In this document: piece by piece, positions 1 through 14,530 of the stretch
Layout: the number at the start of each line of letters is the position of its first letter
How positions within the stretch are numbered: the first letter of the stretch is position 1
DNA from: Eledone cirrhosa
Taxonomy: Eukaryota
Direction of reading: 5' to 3'
DNA: 64,000 bases
Assembly: GCA_964016885.1 (NCBI GenBank)
Contig: OZ024747.1
Coordinates: forward strand, 80,538,001 to 80,602,000
Made by a program: the position numbers and the translations under genes
The notes under the pieces: generated by a model
Told to the model about the DNA's origin: nothing
Databases searched by the model: none
What the model saw: the letters and a program-made list of their open reading frames with translations, nothing else

Positions 1-183
1 TAAGGGCAGTGAACCAGTGGCCTCTGAGGGACGAACTGCTAGAAAGGGCAGTCCAAAGCCACTCAGAGAAGTGTGCTCAACCAAACAGAGTTAGGAAAGA
101 CTGTTATTAGGAGCGAAATATCACGATAAATTAACGGAGGCATAGGCCCTCGCTAGCGAGGGCCTATGCCTCCGTTAATTTAT

Positions 184-251
<68 letters not shown>

Positions 252-582
252 TAAAAAAACAAAAAATCAGTGATACATCTGGACTCAACTTATTGCGTGT
301 TACAATTGTTTCGCCGGCAGGTAGCTCGAGACACGAACTACCCGTGGTGTCTGAAGGACCTGCAGCCGTAGAATCAGCCAGATCCATACAGGGACCATGT
401 CTCAAGCCTCCTGCTGGCGAAACAATTGTAAAACGCAATAAATTGAGGCCAGATGCATCACTGATTTTCGTTTTTTATACTATCCACACTCTACTCTGTT
501 GAATATTGAGTGCTAATTTTGGTATACCGCCTATGGAAGCACCATAGCTACCATTATACACAAGTATATATATATATATATA

Positions 583-763
583 ACGAAGGAAATGTGGTAA
601 GGAACCAGGTGGACCATAACGCACCAAAGTACTCAATACTTAGGGTAGTAGAGTGGGTAATAGGAACCAGTAAGACCCCGACGGCTGAGCTCAAGCCATT
701 TCGACGGCTAATTAGCCGTCGAAACGGCTTGAGCTCAGCCGTCGGGGTCTTACTGGTTCCTAT
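583..763. repeat. (TA)n-flanked fold-back unit family A (other copies 10373-10545, 61799-61986)
   Basis: Shared tail GTGGTAAGGAACCAGGTGGACCATAACGCACC..TAGGGTAGTAGAGTGGGTAATAGG plus a ~100-bp hairpin. Confidence 0.9.
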
Positions 764-806
764 ATATATATATATGTATATTATACACAAGTATATATAT
801 ACACAA

Positions 807-872
<66 letters not shown>

Positions 873-1239
873 TTATACATTTATATACATATATATATAT
901 AATATCTCTCTCTCTCTATATATATATATATATGCATGTATGTCTGTCTGTATGTATGTATACATACATATATACATGTATCTGTGAATGTATGTATATA
1001 TGTGTGTATGTATACAGAGAGAGAGAGAGAATGAGAGACCGGTTATCTCAGCTATATTTATAAATATACGCATATTACATGGCTCTTTTGTTATACGTGT
1101 ATGTCGAAAAAAATGAAAAAAATATTCTATGTGAGGTTTAAAGTTAAAAGTGATCTGAGCTTTCTTCTCTAGACACAGACCTACAAATTTTGATGGCGAA
1201 CGCCATTCATTTCTCAAACTTTCATTATTATTGCCTGAT

Positions 1240-1668
1240 AAAATAAACTACCAGTAATACACTGGGATAATTGCTGGCCTTGTGCCAAAAGTAGAAACAA
1301 TTATTATTACAAGCTTATATAATTTGGAAGAAAGGCGGTGAATTGGCAATATCAGTAGAGGGTTGGACATGTTTTCCAGCATAGCTACGTACCTTTACTA
1401 TCTGAGTTAAAATCCCGCCGAAGTTAACTTTGCCTTTCATCCATACGGGGTCGATAAAATAAATTACCAGTAATGTACTGGGTATTTACTGCTCTTGTGC
1501 CAAAAGTAGAAACAATTATTTGCAGCATATAATTACGGCCTTTTACGGTCCGAGTTCTAATCCCGCCGAGGTTAACTTTGCCTTTCATCCTTACGGATTC
1601 GATAAAATAAAGTACCAGTAATGTACTGAGATAATTGCTGGCCTTGTGCCAAACGTAGTAACAATTAT
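1240..1668 (+). mobile_element. Tandem cluster of ~190-bp tRNA-derived SINE family 1 (tail-only, full copy 1334-1520, head-truncated copy)
   Basis: A-box-like GGCGGTGAATTGGC, B-box-like GAGTTCAAATCCCG (family consensus), central TTTGCCTTTCATCC..GGGGTCGATAAAA..AGTACCAG (Meta-domain-like), tail GGCCTTGTGCCAAAAGTAGAAAC(AATT). Confidence 0.88.
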
Positions 1669-2380
1669 TTAGAAGTGCAAATATATAACAAAAATCAAAC
1701 GGTCGTTGGTGTTGGTTTTGGAATAACGTCAGTCGAAACCACAATATATTCTGCTTGTCTATTGTCGCGTAATTGACATGTTTTTTTTTGAAACCTGAGA
1801 TAAACATTCGCTCACACAAAGATTATACTTACAAACCACACAAACAGATTACCAAAAATATACCTATAATATTAACGATAATGGTAATAATTGCTCATAT
1901 TTATTAACAAACAATAACGATAACAATTCTAATGATGACTTACAATCATAATTGAACTGAGAATTAGAAATTTCCAATAACATGAACACATATAATGAAC
2001 CGACTTGTAAATGAAAATGAACATTTTACTTTACCTGAAACTGTTTCTAAATTTAGAAAGGATTTTGCAACAAATCGAATGGTGTGTAAAATCCTACTTA
2101 ACAACTCCTGATAGGCTCATTTTAATGACAATCAATATTTAAATATTTCACCTCGCTCTCAAACAGGCCCAATTGAGTTAAACTACAAATAGGGTTCAAC
2201 TAACAGGTCTTATAACCTTCTCATAAAATTTACCCGAAGATTGTAATTCATTCCTTTAAACTTTGAATTCTAACTGAATTTATAGTTGAAGAAGCTTGTT
2301 TAAGTTTGGCTGAAAAAGACATACATTCTTTATAAAGTTTTTGGATGGTAAAATCAAAAGAAATCATAATGGTTGGTTAC

Positions 2381-2566
2381 AATAATTGTTTCTACTTTTA
2401 GCACAAGGCCAGCAATTACCCAGTACATTACTGGTACTTTATTTCATCGACCCCGTAAGAATGGAAGGCAAAGTTAACCTCGGCAGGATTTGAACACAGA
2501 TCGTAAAGGGACGTAACTATGCTGGAAAGCATGTCCGACCCTCTACCGATACTGCCAATCCACCGC
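2381..2566 (-). mobile_element. SINE family 1 with 19-bp target-site duplication
   Basis: ATGGTTGGTTACAATAATT at 2369-2387 and 2569-2587. Confidence 0.92.
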
Positions 2567-3243
2567 GGATGGTTGGTTACAATAATTAAAGCTTAAATTA
2601 TCAGGACATTCATTTGACATGAATAGTAACCTCTTCTAGATAAACCGTGTCTCTTTAGTTTCAATAGAATTATATATATTAAAATACTAACTTTGAGGCA
2701 ATTTTCTGTAGATTCTATGTTTCCTTTGATACTCCAGACAACTGTATGTGAGATTTATAGTAAACTGAATAGATTAGCACATGGTTTGTAATTGCTCAAT
2801 CGACTCTTAAAAGATGAAAGGGCAGAGTTCGCCACGGAATTTATGAAGCAGAGAATTCAAGACTCTCTTTCTTTTGGGCCTCTCCAATACCATTAGACTT
2901 CTCTAACAAAAATATGATTATATACATAAGAATGAAAATATAGAAATCTTATAAAAACCATTTTCTTCGATTTATAGAAATACTTTGTTTTTTTTCAAAA
3001 GGTAGAAACGCCAAAGGCTTCAATAATGTTGACGCTATTTTATTTTATCACCACAACATTAAGTGTGTATATATGTTTAAGATACTCGGATTGTAGTTAT
3101 AGTTGCACTCGGCGCGTGACAGTCGGTTCTCCGAATATTGTATGTTGAAGCTATGTCTGCACACGTGTCTCAAATGTCCGCCTGAAATATCGCTCAACTC
3201 TCATTAGCAACACATTGCAGTCACAACTATTCATGATGTATCA

Positions 3244-3530
3244 GTGAAGATACATGGCCTAGTGGTTAAAATGTCCGGATCCCAATCATAGTTTCGATCT
3301 CCGGTGGTGCGTTGTGTTATTGAGAATGAGACATTATTTCACGCGGTGGATTGGCAGTATCGGTAGAGGGTCTGACGCCATGCTTTGCAGCAAAGAGTTA
3401 CGGCCCTTTATGGTCTGAGTTCAAATCCAGCCGAGGTTAACTTTGCCTTTCATCTTTACGGGATCGTTAAAATAAAGTACCAGTAATGCACTGAGATAAT
3501 TGTTGGCCTTATGCCAAAAGTAGAAACAAC
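3244..3530 (+). mobile_element. SINE family 2 head (3244-3342) interrupted by SINE family 1 (3343-3530)
   Basis: TGGCCTAGTGGTTA..GTTTCGATC..TATTTCACG directly joined to CGGTGGATTGGCAGTATCGG. Confidence 0.8.
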
Positions 3531-3574
3531 GCTACTCTAGTCATTTCTCTCGTCTATTCTTTTTAGGTTCTTGT

Positions 3575-3860
3575 AGTAAGTAGCCCCCAATGATCTCAAC
3601 CAGCGGCGGCTTTTTCGCGTCCGTGAAAAGGGATGTTGACTGCCATCAGGTCTTTTTTGGAACGTTCGTCACCAGGTGATTCTCGGACGACCCCGCTTCC
3701 ATTTGCCGCCAGGTGGAGTCCAGTTCATCGCCATTTTCGAGTGTCGTTTGTTGGGTAGGCGCAGAATATATCCAGCCAAGTGTCAACGGCGCTCCATGAC
3801 GGCCCTCTGCAGGGTCCACTCTTGTAATTCAGTTGGAATGAAATGAGCTGCATCTGTGAT
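3575..3860 (-). mobile_element. Decayed RTE-like LINE C-terminal fragment
   Basis: Minus-strand translation ERR*HLAGYILRLPNKRHSKMAMNWTPPGGKWKRGRPRITW*RTF. Confidence 0.8.
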
Positions 3861-4326
3861 TCAAACGGCCACGCTTGTCACAATGGTTTATGTCTAATAT
3901 CAATGACAATTACGTTGAGTGTGGGATGCTCAGCGTTTTGACCTTTCAATTCTCTAGCAGTCTACCGTATTAATCAAACAACTGGAAAACTCCTCGTCGA
4001 AACTGACCGGAGTCCAACACACACAAAGAAACAGACATACAGGCATATACACACACATGACCAATCACGTAAGAAATCTGATCCTCCCCGGTGAATCAGC
4101 ATTTGTTGATCGTTTCAAAAACGACCATAAAATACTCATCAGATTAAGATCTTGCTCAGCTGGTGATTCAATAGTTCTCATCCTTTATCGTAAGGAAGTC
4201 CTCCAGACGACCAGGCATGAACGCCCTAACATCCGATTATATACCAGACATTAACATCTCTTTGGAAATCTTTATTATTATATGAATCACTAATGCTTTT
4301 AGAAAAAGAAGATAGTTGCTATTTCA

Positions 4327-4454
4327 ATTCTTCTTCTTCTTCTTCTTCTTCTTCTTCTTCTTCTTCTTCTTCTTCTTCTTCTTCTTCTTCTTCTTCTTCT
4401 TCTTCTTCTTCTTCTTCTTCTTCTTCTTCTTCTTCTTCTTCTTCTTCTTCTTCT
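4327..4454. repeat. (TTC)n microsatellite
   Basis: Direct read. Confidence 0.98.
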
Positions 4455-4921
4455 TTCTTTCTTTCTTTATTTATTTGTTTCTCTCTCGCTTTCTTTATTT
4501 CAATGTGCCCCGTCTGTTTATTTATCTGTTGTTTTCAAGCCATGAGCTCAAAAGATCAAATTTCAAACGAAATCATTCCAGTAAGCGACAACTTTCGAAA
4601 TAACATTATTTAACCCAAGTGTTCACGGGTCAGAAATCGATCGGCTCAACTCTAGCTATTCTGTTGTTCTCCCTAAATGATTTTAGTAAGATTCTATAAC
4701 ACATGCATCCTTAAGTAAAATGAACAGAATAGAGTGAATTACAAGGGAAACTGAACGGCGCCGACTGACTGCAAGCTTTTGATCTTTCAAAGAATTTGTT
4801 TGACAAGCTATAAATCTGTACAACATATCTAACGTCTCTTCAGCACCTGCTCAACAAAATGACTGGCGGTTGAACGATAAAAGTTAGATGACATCAGAGT
4901 CGTAAATATAGACTTACATTA

Positions 4922-5071
<150 letters not shown>

Positions 5072-5143
5072 CTGTGTGTGTGTAGTAAAAGGAAAATAGT
5101 TTGCAGGGATCAAAACTTACGTATCGGTAATATACGTATATAT

Positions 5144-5214
<71 letters not shown>

Positions 5215-5420
5215 AGTTTATCCCGGATTCAATCGGGGGTAACCACAGTAAGTAAGGTACTCAATACAAAGCAGAGTATAAATATTTAATAGAGAAAAGG
5301 CTTTTATAGGACTAGAACTCGTTCGGATCCAGCTGTCGAAACGGCCGAACCGCAACCGTCGAGGTCTTGAATCTTTTCGCCCCCCACCCCATATATATAT
5401 AGTACAATATATATATATAG

Positions 5421-5592
<172 letters not shown>

Positions 5593-5702
5593 GATAATAC
5601 ACTCTGCCTAGATCCACTCACACCACTTCTAACGTCCAGTGCACGAGGTGAGATATTCATTCGTGTGGGTTTTAGTTGTATGTGCTTGTTCCATTTGATC
5701 TT

Positions 5703-5791
5703 ATCTTTCGCTGAGGAAAGCCTACGGATTATCTGTTACAAACACAATTCTCAGGGCGAAACAGATTAAATCTCTAATCTGTCCGAGAGAT
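5703..5791 (+). ncRNA. Type I hammerhead ribozyme with full stem III
   Basis: ATCTTTCG-CTGAGGA-aaGCCT..GGGC-GAAA-CAGATTA aatctc TAATCTG-TC-CGAGAGAT; GUC triplet. Confidence 0.85.
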
Positions 5792-5840
5792 GATCCCTCG
5801 TAGTTTTAGACACACAATTTACTGTGTTTATTTGTACATA

Positions 5841-5912
<72 letters not shown>

Positions 5913-6089
5913 TGAAATGTATTTCCAACAGTTGCGATTACCTGCTTAGTGAAATAGCATGTATGAGGCTGAGTATTCCATAGACCTGATTACCTGTAAT
6001 AAAACAATCAAGCAGAACTAATATGAGTAACAAGGCTGGACATTTGAAATAGAGGTGCTTTCCATTCGGTAGGGTCAAAGTTTTATCTA

Positions 6090-8851
6090 CAAATATATTT
6101 TTATTCGCTGAAATTTGAAAATAATAATAATTGTGAAATAAATAGGAAAAGAAAAGAAATTATACAACTTTTTAATAGCGTTAATGTTAAAGTAGAAGTA
6201 GAGAATAATTATAAAATAGTTAATTCTTTAGATGTAACTTTAAACCTTAACACTGGTCTTTATTATACATTTCATAAAATAAACGAGAATTTAAACTATA
6301 TTAACTTTAATTCTAATCCCCCCAGATCCGTTAAAAATACTATTGTAAATTCTGTGCAGCAACGTATTTTTAAAATTTCAGCGAATAAAAATATATTTGA
6401 AGATAAGGCACAATATTATAACGAAGCGTTAGGTAGAGCAGGCTATAGTAATAAAATTAAATACATTAATAATAAGGATGCGCAAATTAACCATAACTAT
6501 AATACAAAACCTTACACTAACTCGAAAACCAAAAGAAAAAAAGGAACTAGAAATATATTATGGTTCGCTCCCCCTCTCTCATTAAGTATTAAAACTCCTA
6601 TTGCTAAATTATTCTTTAAAGCACTAGATAGGTGCTTTCCTAGGACACACAGGTATTACTCAATCTTCAATAGACATACTATTAAACTCTCATATTCCGC
6701 TACTATGAATTTAGCGCAGAATATTAATAGAATTAATAATAGAAACTTAAAATCTAACTAGAATAGCATTAATACCTCTAGCAATATCCAATGTAATGTT
6801 ACGGCTCCCAATAATATACATTTAGATAAATGTAATTGTAGAAATAAATCTAACTGTCCTCTAAATAATAATTGCTTAGTTAAAGATATAGTATACAATT
6901 GTAATGTCAAAACAAATGAAAACTCCTTCAACTATGTCGGCTCTACTTCCACAGACTTCAAATCTCGTTTTAAAAACCTTAAATGTTCCTTTACGAATAT
7001 TGGTAAAAAGTCTTCAACTTCTCTATCTAAGTTATTATGGGACTTGAAATCCAAGAATATTAACTATTCTTTACTTTGGAAAATTATTTCCAAAGCTCCT
7101 TCATACACCGCTTTGTCCCAAAATTGATCTGTGTGCTGAAGAAATATTCTTCATACTAAAAAGTAAGAACTTTATTAATTTGCGAAATAATTTATTCAGT
7201 TCCTGCAAACATCGTTTAAACTCAACTTTTAAATATATATATAAAATGTAATATATGATTTATCTCTTTTACATAATGTCTTCTATATCTATATATGATT
7301 AATATATTTAATTTACTTTCTATTATCTCTACTTCACATATATATACTATATACTTTACATTATTACACCTATCGCTAGATTATAAAATTTCCTTATATG
7401 ACTGCTTGAAACTCCTTTAAAGAAAATTTTTTCTTGTAAAACTTATGGAAGGTTTTAAGAAAATCTTTTGAAAATTCCTTTGAAAGATATAGAAAAACCA
7501 TTATCTTCATACCCTCCAATACTTTTATATTGTTATATTTTAATATTTCTATATTTTTGTATCTTTATATCTTCAAACGTTTTCAATATATATATCCAAA
7601 TGTTTATATATATGCGGAAAAACATGATTTTTATATATAGTTGTTTGTATATATATGTGGAATAACCTATGGTTTATGCTTTAAATATATTCTTAAGATA
7701 AATTTTTTAAATGTTTTAACTTTATAGCAAGGACATTTATAAATTTATGACTTCGTATAAAATAACATATGGTTCATGTTTTAATTATATTCTTAAGATA
7801 AACATTTTTTAACCTTTTAACTTTATAACATTTAATCCTTAGACTCATCTGAGTTCCTAAAAAATCACTTCTAACTTCCTTTACACTTCCTTACTGTTTT
7901 TATAATATAACTAAGTGATTATTCCTTTGTAAACGCTCGAAAATGTTTCAGAAACTTTTCATAAATTTAGAATTATTTGGATGTTTAAATTTTTGACTTA
8001 CAACTTTTAATAAAATAAACTAGATTTGTTCTAATGTAAAATGCTATATATTTATTTAAATAATTTATAATCCTTAATATACACATTTAAACTAATTATT
8101 AATATTAAATTATTAAATTAAATTAATACTTTAATATTAAGGTACATTTTAATCTTTAATTCTGATTTCTAATTTTTTAATTTTAATTTAAACTTAATTT
8201 TAATCTAATTTTTCAACCTGTTATTATAAATATTATAATCAAAACGTAATTAATCCTGCATTATAAATATTATTCTTCCACGTTATTCTCATTTCTTCTC
8301 TCACTTAGATATACTTACGCTGTGTATATTTATCCTTTGAAATTCATCTCTTCATGCACTCTATTTTCACTATCAATATATATAATCGTTCTTTCCTTCC
8401 TCTTCTATCTCCCTCCTTTCTTTTTTCTTTTTTTATTTTTCTCTCTCCCTTACATATCACCTTCTTCCAACAGTTTAATTTAAATAAACCGTTATCTTTT
8501 CAACCTTTCGGACACTCATTTGCATACTCACTCATAATTTTGTATCACCCTCAATAAATGTAATATCTCCACTATCCAGGAAGCCCCCGACCGTTAAGGT
8601 TGTCTTTCTTTTTTTCGGGTGTGTCAATATTTATTTATAAAACAAATCTGTATTTTATCTGATGAAAGCGCACCATAATTTGCGTTGGTTGCCCTTGAAA
8701 TATGTATAATAAAATAAATATGGTTTTATAAATATAGTTTCCATTTATTAATATATTGTGTATTTACTCCACTATACTGTTGAGTGCTTTATATCAGTTA
8801 TAAAAATGTTTAAGCTTGTTGAATCCCAACAAATTAAATATAACCTCTGCA
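6090..8851 (+). mobile_element. 5'-truncated decayed Penelope-like element (Hydra-like); coding remnant ~6090-7250, 3' UTR to 8851
   Basis: LDVTLNLNTGLYY, ILWFAPPLSL, CNCRNKSNCPL, YVGSTSTDFKSRF; in-frame stop at 6759-6761; ends in a hammerhead-bearing segment and (TA)n. Confidence 0.9.
8651..8716 (+). ncRNA. Type I hammerhead ribozyme
   Basis: TATTTTAT-CTGATGA-AAGCGCACC..GGTTGCCCTT-GAAA-TATGTA-TA-ATAAAATA. Confidence 0.8.
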
Positions 8852-8870
8852 TATATATATAGGGGAGTGC

Positions 8871-8918
8871 TAAGTTCTGAGGAATACCAACAGTATGAAA
8901 CAGAGATCTGTCAGATTC
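8871..8918 (+). ncRNA. Type I hammerhead ribozyme
   Basis: TAAGTT-CTGAGGA-ATAC caaca GTAT-GAAA-CAG agat CTG-TC-AGATT. Confidence 0.78.
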
Positions 8919-9057
8919 TCTCCCTTTCTTTGTTGAAAAAAAGAAGTTAGTGACATAATCCCTACTTTAAAACAATAGCGTAAGGTCTTCAAAATGCTTT
9001 TAATTAAGCATACAGTGTATTACCAAATACACTATATATACATTCATATATATATAA

Positions 9058-9832
9058 TTTAGGAATTTATAAATTTATAAATTTCTGGTTGGTTGGTTGG
9101 TTCCACAACTAGATAGTTGTTTATATATTGTCAAAGTTCTTTCGTCACACATTCTGTGACCTCATCAGTGGCTGGGGATTCTTTTCTTTGTTTTTGTGCC
9201 TCTCCTTTGTTCTGTCCTACGCCATTTTGTTTCTGTGTGTGTGTTGTGTGCTCAGTCTGCGCATGCGCCACATCCGGGTGTCTGTGTGTGTTTATATTTG
9301 TTTATCTATTTGTTTATTTACATGTTACCGGTTGGTTGTTTGTTCTATATGTGTGTGTGTTTTCATTTTGTCCTTAATTGTAAGTTGTGATGTTGCTGTT
9401 CCACTCATATTTTCTATTTAATTTTGGTTGTAATTCTTTTATGTTTATTGCCTCTGTGATTTGTCTAAACATTGCGTCTTTTCTGTGTGTAGATTCTATT
9501 TTTATTTCTATGTTCTCTAATTTACCCTTATGTTCTATTTTAGCATGTTGGTAGAGTACAGATGATTCTTTACTATCTTGAAGGTCTCGCCAGTGTTCAT
9601 TTATCCGTTCCCCTACACTACGGGCTGTCTCACCTATGTACACTATATTTTTGTCTCTACATTGTCCTTCAGTACATTTTATGCTATACACTACATTTCT
9701 AGTTTTACAGTTAATATGGGGGCTTATTTTACAGGTTATACATTTCTTATCTATACAGGGGGGTCTTTGAAAAGGGTATGTCTTGCTAATAAGTGTTTTT
9801 ATTGAGGTACCTGTTCTTTCTACTATCTTAAT

Positions 9833-9833
<1 letters not shown>
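9058..9833 (-). pseudogene. PLE GIY-YIG 3' fragment + 3' UTR (same family as 21.5-24.9 kb)
   Basis: IKIVERTGTSIKTLIS..NVVYSIKC..VYIGETARSVGERINEH..RQITEAINI; the N-terminal part of the listed ORF is microsatellite. Confidence 0.92.
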
Positions 9834-9866
<33 letters not shown>

Positions 9867-10054
9867 GTGAATATATATATATATATGTGAATATATATAT
9901 ATCTATATATATATATATATATATATATGAATGTGTATATAGTGTATTTGGTAATACGCTGTATGGTCAATTAAAAGCATTTTGAAAACCTTACGCTATT
10001 GTTTTAAAGTAGGGACTATGTCACTTACTTCTTTTTTCAAGAAACAAAGGGAGA

Positions 10055-10102
10055 TAAGCTAACAGATCTCTGTTTCATACTGTTGGTATTCCTCAGAGCT
10101 TA
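10055..10102 (-). ncRNA. Type I hammerhead ribozyme (inverted partner of 8871-8918)
   Basis: TAAGCT-CTGAGGA-ATAC caaca GTAT-GAAA-CAG agat CTG-TT-AGCTTA; perfect 6-bp stem I. Confidence 0.85.
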
Positions 10103-10172
10103 GCACTCCTCTTGTCTGTTGAAAATTATGAATGTTGGATTCATATAGAATTCCAGCAATAATGAGGAACTG

Positions 10173-10350
<178 letters not shown>

Positions 10351-10590
10351 ATATATACATATATATATATATATAGGAAAAGAGTCAGGACCCCGACGGC
10401 TGAGCTAGTCAGAACTAGCTGTCGAAACGGCCGGAGCTCAGCCGTCAGGGTCCTGACTCTTTTCCTATTACCCACTCTACTACCCTAATTATCGAGTACT
10501 CTGGTGCATTAAGGTCCACCTGGTATCTTACCACACTTTCTTTGTTTTGTATATATATGTATATATATATATATATAAAATGTATATATA

Positions 10591-11650
<1,060 letters not shown>

Positions 11651-12001
11651 ATATATATATATAAAATGTATATATATATATATATAATATATATATATAT
11701 ATATAATATTAAGGATACTATTTATGATTATGTATATATTAAACTTTTTATAGTTATGTATATTTTAAACCTTAAACAGTGAAGGTCAGTAATTTATTAC
11801 TACCTTATTACCAGTAAGATAAATAGCTCAATGTAATAACATTAGTTGTTCTACTGAGCAGTTATACATAATTCACAAGAATCAAAGCTATGATCAAAGC
11901 ATTTATTCACTTACAATTGTTTCATCCAAACGTAGGCTTGGAATCTTCGGTGCATTTTTCAATGTTTGTACATATAATTGACCTCCTTTCCAACGCAAGA
12001 G

Positions 12002-12071
<70 letters not shown>

Positions 12072-12519
12072 ATGTACAGTGGATTGACATATATTATACT
12101 ATACTATAGTTGTACAGCAATTCAAATTCAAATCAATATCAAAATCAAAATCAAAATTAAAATCAAAATCAAAATTAAAATACATTCGGCAGATAACACA
12201 GATATTGCAGGAGGATAGTTTGATAGCCAGATCTAGTAGGTAGTGTATGCGTTAGTTACACATGGAGCATGCAAGTGTGTGTCATTTTTATACGATTATT
12301 GTGTGGCAAGGTGTTACATGTAATGCAAGCACTTTAAGCGGGTAAGCAAGAGTATTATGGTGGTTGTAGTGGTAGTGTATCTTTTGTATAGATCAAAAAA
12401 GTATGTTTGCAGAAAAATAAAAATAAAAAGAAGAAGCATAAGAAAGACTCCAAGTCTAGGTTTGGATGAAACAATTGTAAGTGAATAAATGCTTTGAACA
12501 TAGCTTTGATTCTTGTGAA

Positions 12520-12556
<37 letters not shown>

Positions 12557-13046
12557 GAGTTGATTATATATACACAGACCTACATATATGTGTGTATGTG
12601 TGGAAGCTTTACCGGTTGTAAACATTATCTTATTTTTGCGCTTATGTGTATATATACACACACACAGGCTGTGTGTATTTCTGTGTCTGTACATCAATAC
12701 ATGTATGAATATGTGTGTGTAGGTATTTCTTTTTAAGATACAACACTTTTATCGCATGATCAAATAAAATGACGCAATGTTCAATAACCGATATGTGAAA
12801 TAGCTTACGCAAAATACAATCGTTAATCCAAATAAGGTTGGAAAATCGATTGGCTGGTCATAGCTTCCCATGTTTATCGTCCTTTGTATATACAGATCTA
12901 CATACATACGCCTATACACACAGATATACATATATCCATAGTTTCTTTGGTCTTGTGTCACGTTGGACTTCCTTTTTGTTCTTCTCTTTCTCTCTCTCCC
13001 CCCAACACACACACAGACTCAAAGACACTCACACACACACACACAC

Positions 13047-13083
<37 letters not shown>

Positions 13084-13447
13084 TATATATATATATACAT
13101 ATATATATATCGGTTGCTTTTGGGGGAGACATGTTTGAAGTATTAAAAGTTGAGAAATAAGAAAGTTTAGTCCTCAACAATTTACATAAGCGTTCTTTTA
13201 TGTTTTGTTTATTTCTGAATATTCCCTATTCAAAATAAAGCTGGAGTGAAAGAAATGATTTGAAAAATACGATAGAGAAGAAATAAGATTCTAACATACG
13301 GACTTCAACCTTCACCTCGTAAATCTGAAGTTTGGTAGCTTTATGTTTGTCGCTTAACAGAGATTCGATGTTGATTAACAGCTACGCGAGGAGCGGATAA
13401 CCTATTTATTTCTAATATGGTATTCAGTACTTGTCTTCGCGTGTGTG

Positions 13448-13494
<47 letters not shown>

Positions 13495-13553
13495 TAAAAT
13501 GTAAATCCAAAGAATCATTAGATAAAATGCACATATGTTTTACCAAAATTCGC

Positions 13554-13639
13554 GGTCTCAACCGGAAGTTTCGTTCCACTTTTGGGATATATCCGGGCTT
13601 GGATAAATCCACAAAGCTCGGAACTCATCAGGAGATACC
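13554..13639 (-). ncRNA. Type I hammerhead ribozyme
   Basis: GGTATCTC-CTGATGA-GTTCC..GGAAC-GAAA-C ttccg G-TT-GAGACC. Confidence 0.8.
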
Positions 13640-14389
13640 TCAGACTCGACTAAGATTCTTCTACCATGATCCCCGCCAGAAATGAATTCAAAATGGCTAA
13701 GAACCATCACGTGGCCAGTGGTCAAGGCAGAAAGTTTGATTGGTGCCTGTCGGCGAGTAGGCTGTTTGCTAGAAAGCGCAGCCGAATACTGCCTAAAGTT
13801 TTACTCAACCTTACGGGAGTATATATTAAATTCAAAGGGTATATATATAAATTAGACAAAGTCACAAATACATATATACGTTTGGCAATCATTCACGGTG
13901 TGGCTCAATGAAGAATTAATTAAATAATTATTTATCAGAGCAATTTATAAAAATGTAAGTCCAAATAATTTGGTAACAGTTATGTGCATTTTTTCTTCTA
14001 ACTTCAATTTTGTACCTAATTCTGTGTAGGTAACTATTTGTCTAGTCAATTTCTACAGGCTAGGAGAAATACTAGGTAGATGTCATGTAGCTGTACATCG
14101 CGGAAAAGTATATATATTATTTATCTATTATCTCTTCATAAGTACATTTTAAACTTATAGCCTTCTTTAAATGAATTTTTGTGTGGTTAATTTATACTGA
14201 TTGGGAGAGGAAATACTGTATATATTTTATCTAATGATTCTTTGGACTTACATTTTTATAAATTGCTCTGATAAATAATTATTTAATTAATTCTTCATTG
14301 AGCCACACCGTGAATGGTTGCCAAACCATTTCTTATATTTCATATATATATATATGTATATATATATATATGAAATATGTGATATGAAA

Positions 14390-14530
14390 TCTTCTCATGT
14401 TGTCCACATGTCTGGAAAAACCTCTTGCATAACTACAAAGCTCCGGATTGAATAACAACAACATTCTAATTTTCTAATCAACTCGAACATCTCTTCCGGA
14501 CTTTCGCAGTTATCTCCCTTACACCTTTCG
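14390..14530. repeat. Unclassified dispersed repeat (inverted copy at 29379-29520)
   Basis: GGACTTTCGCAGTTATCTCCCTTACACC and CCTCTTGCATAACT match the reverse complement of 29379-29520. Confidence 0.75.
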
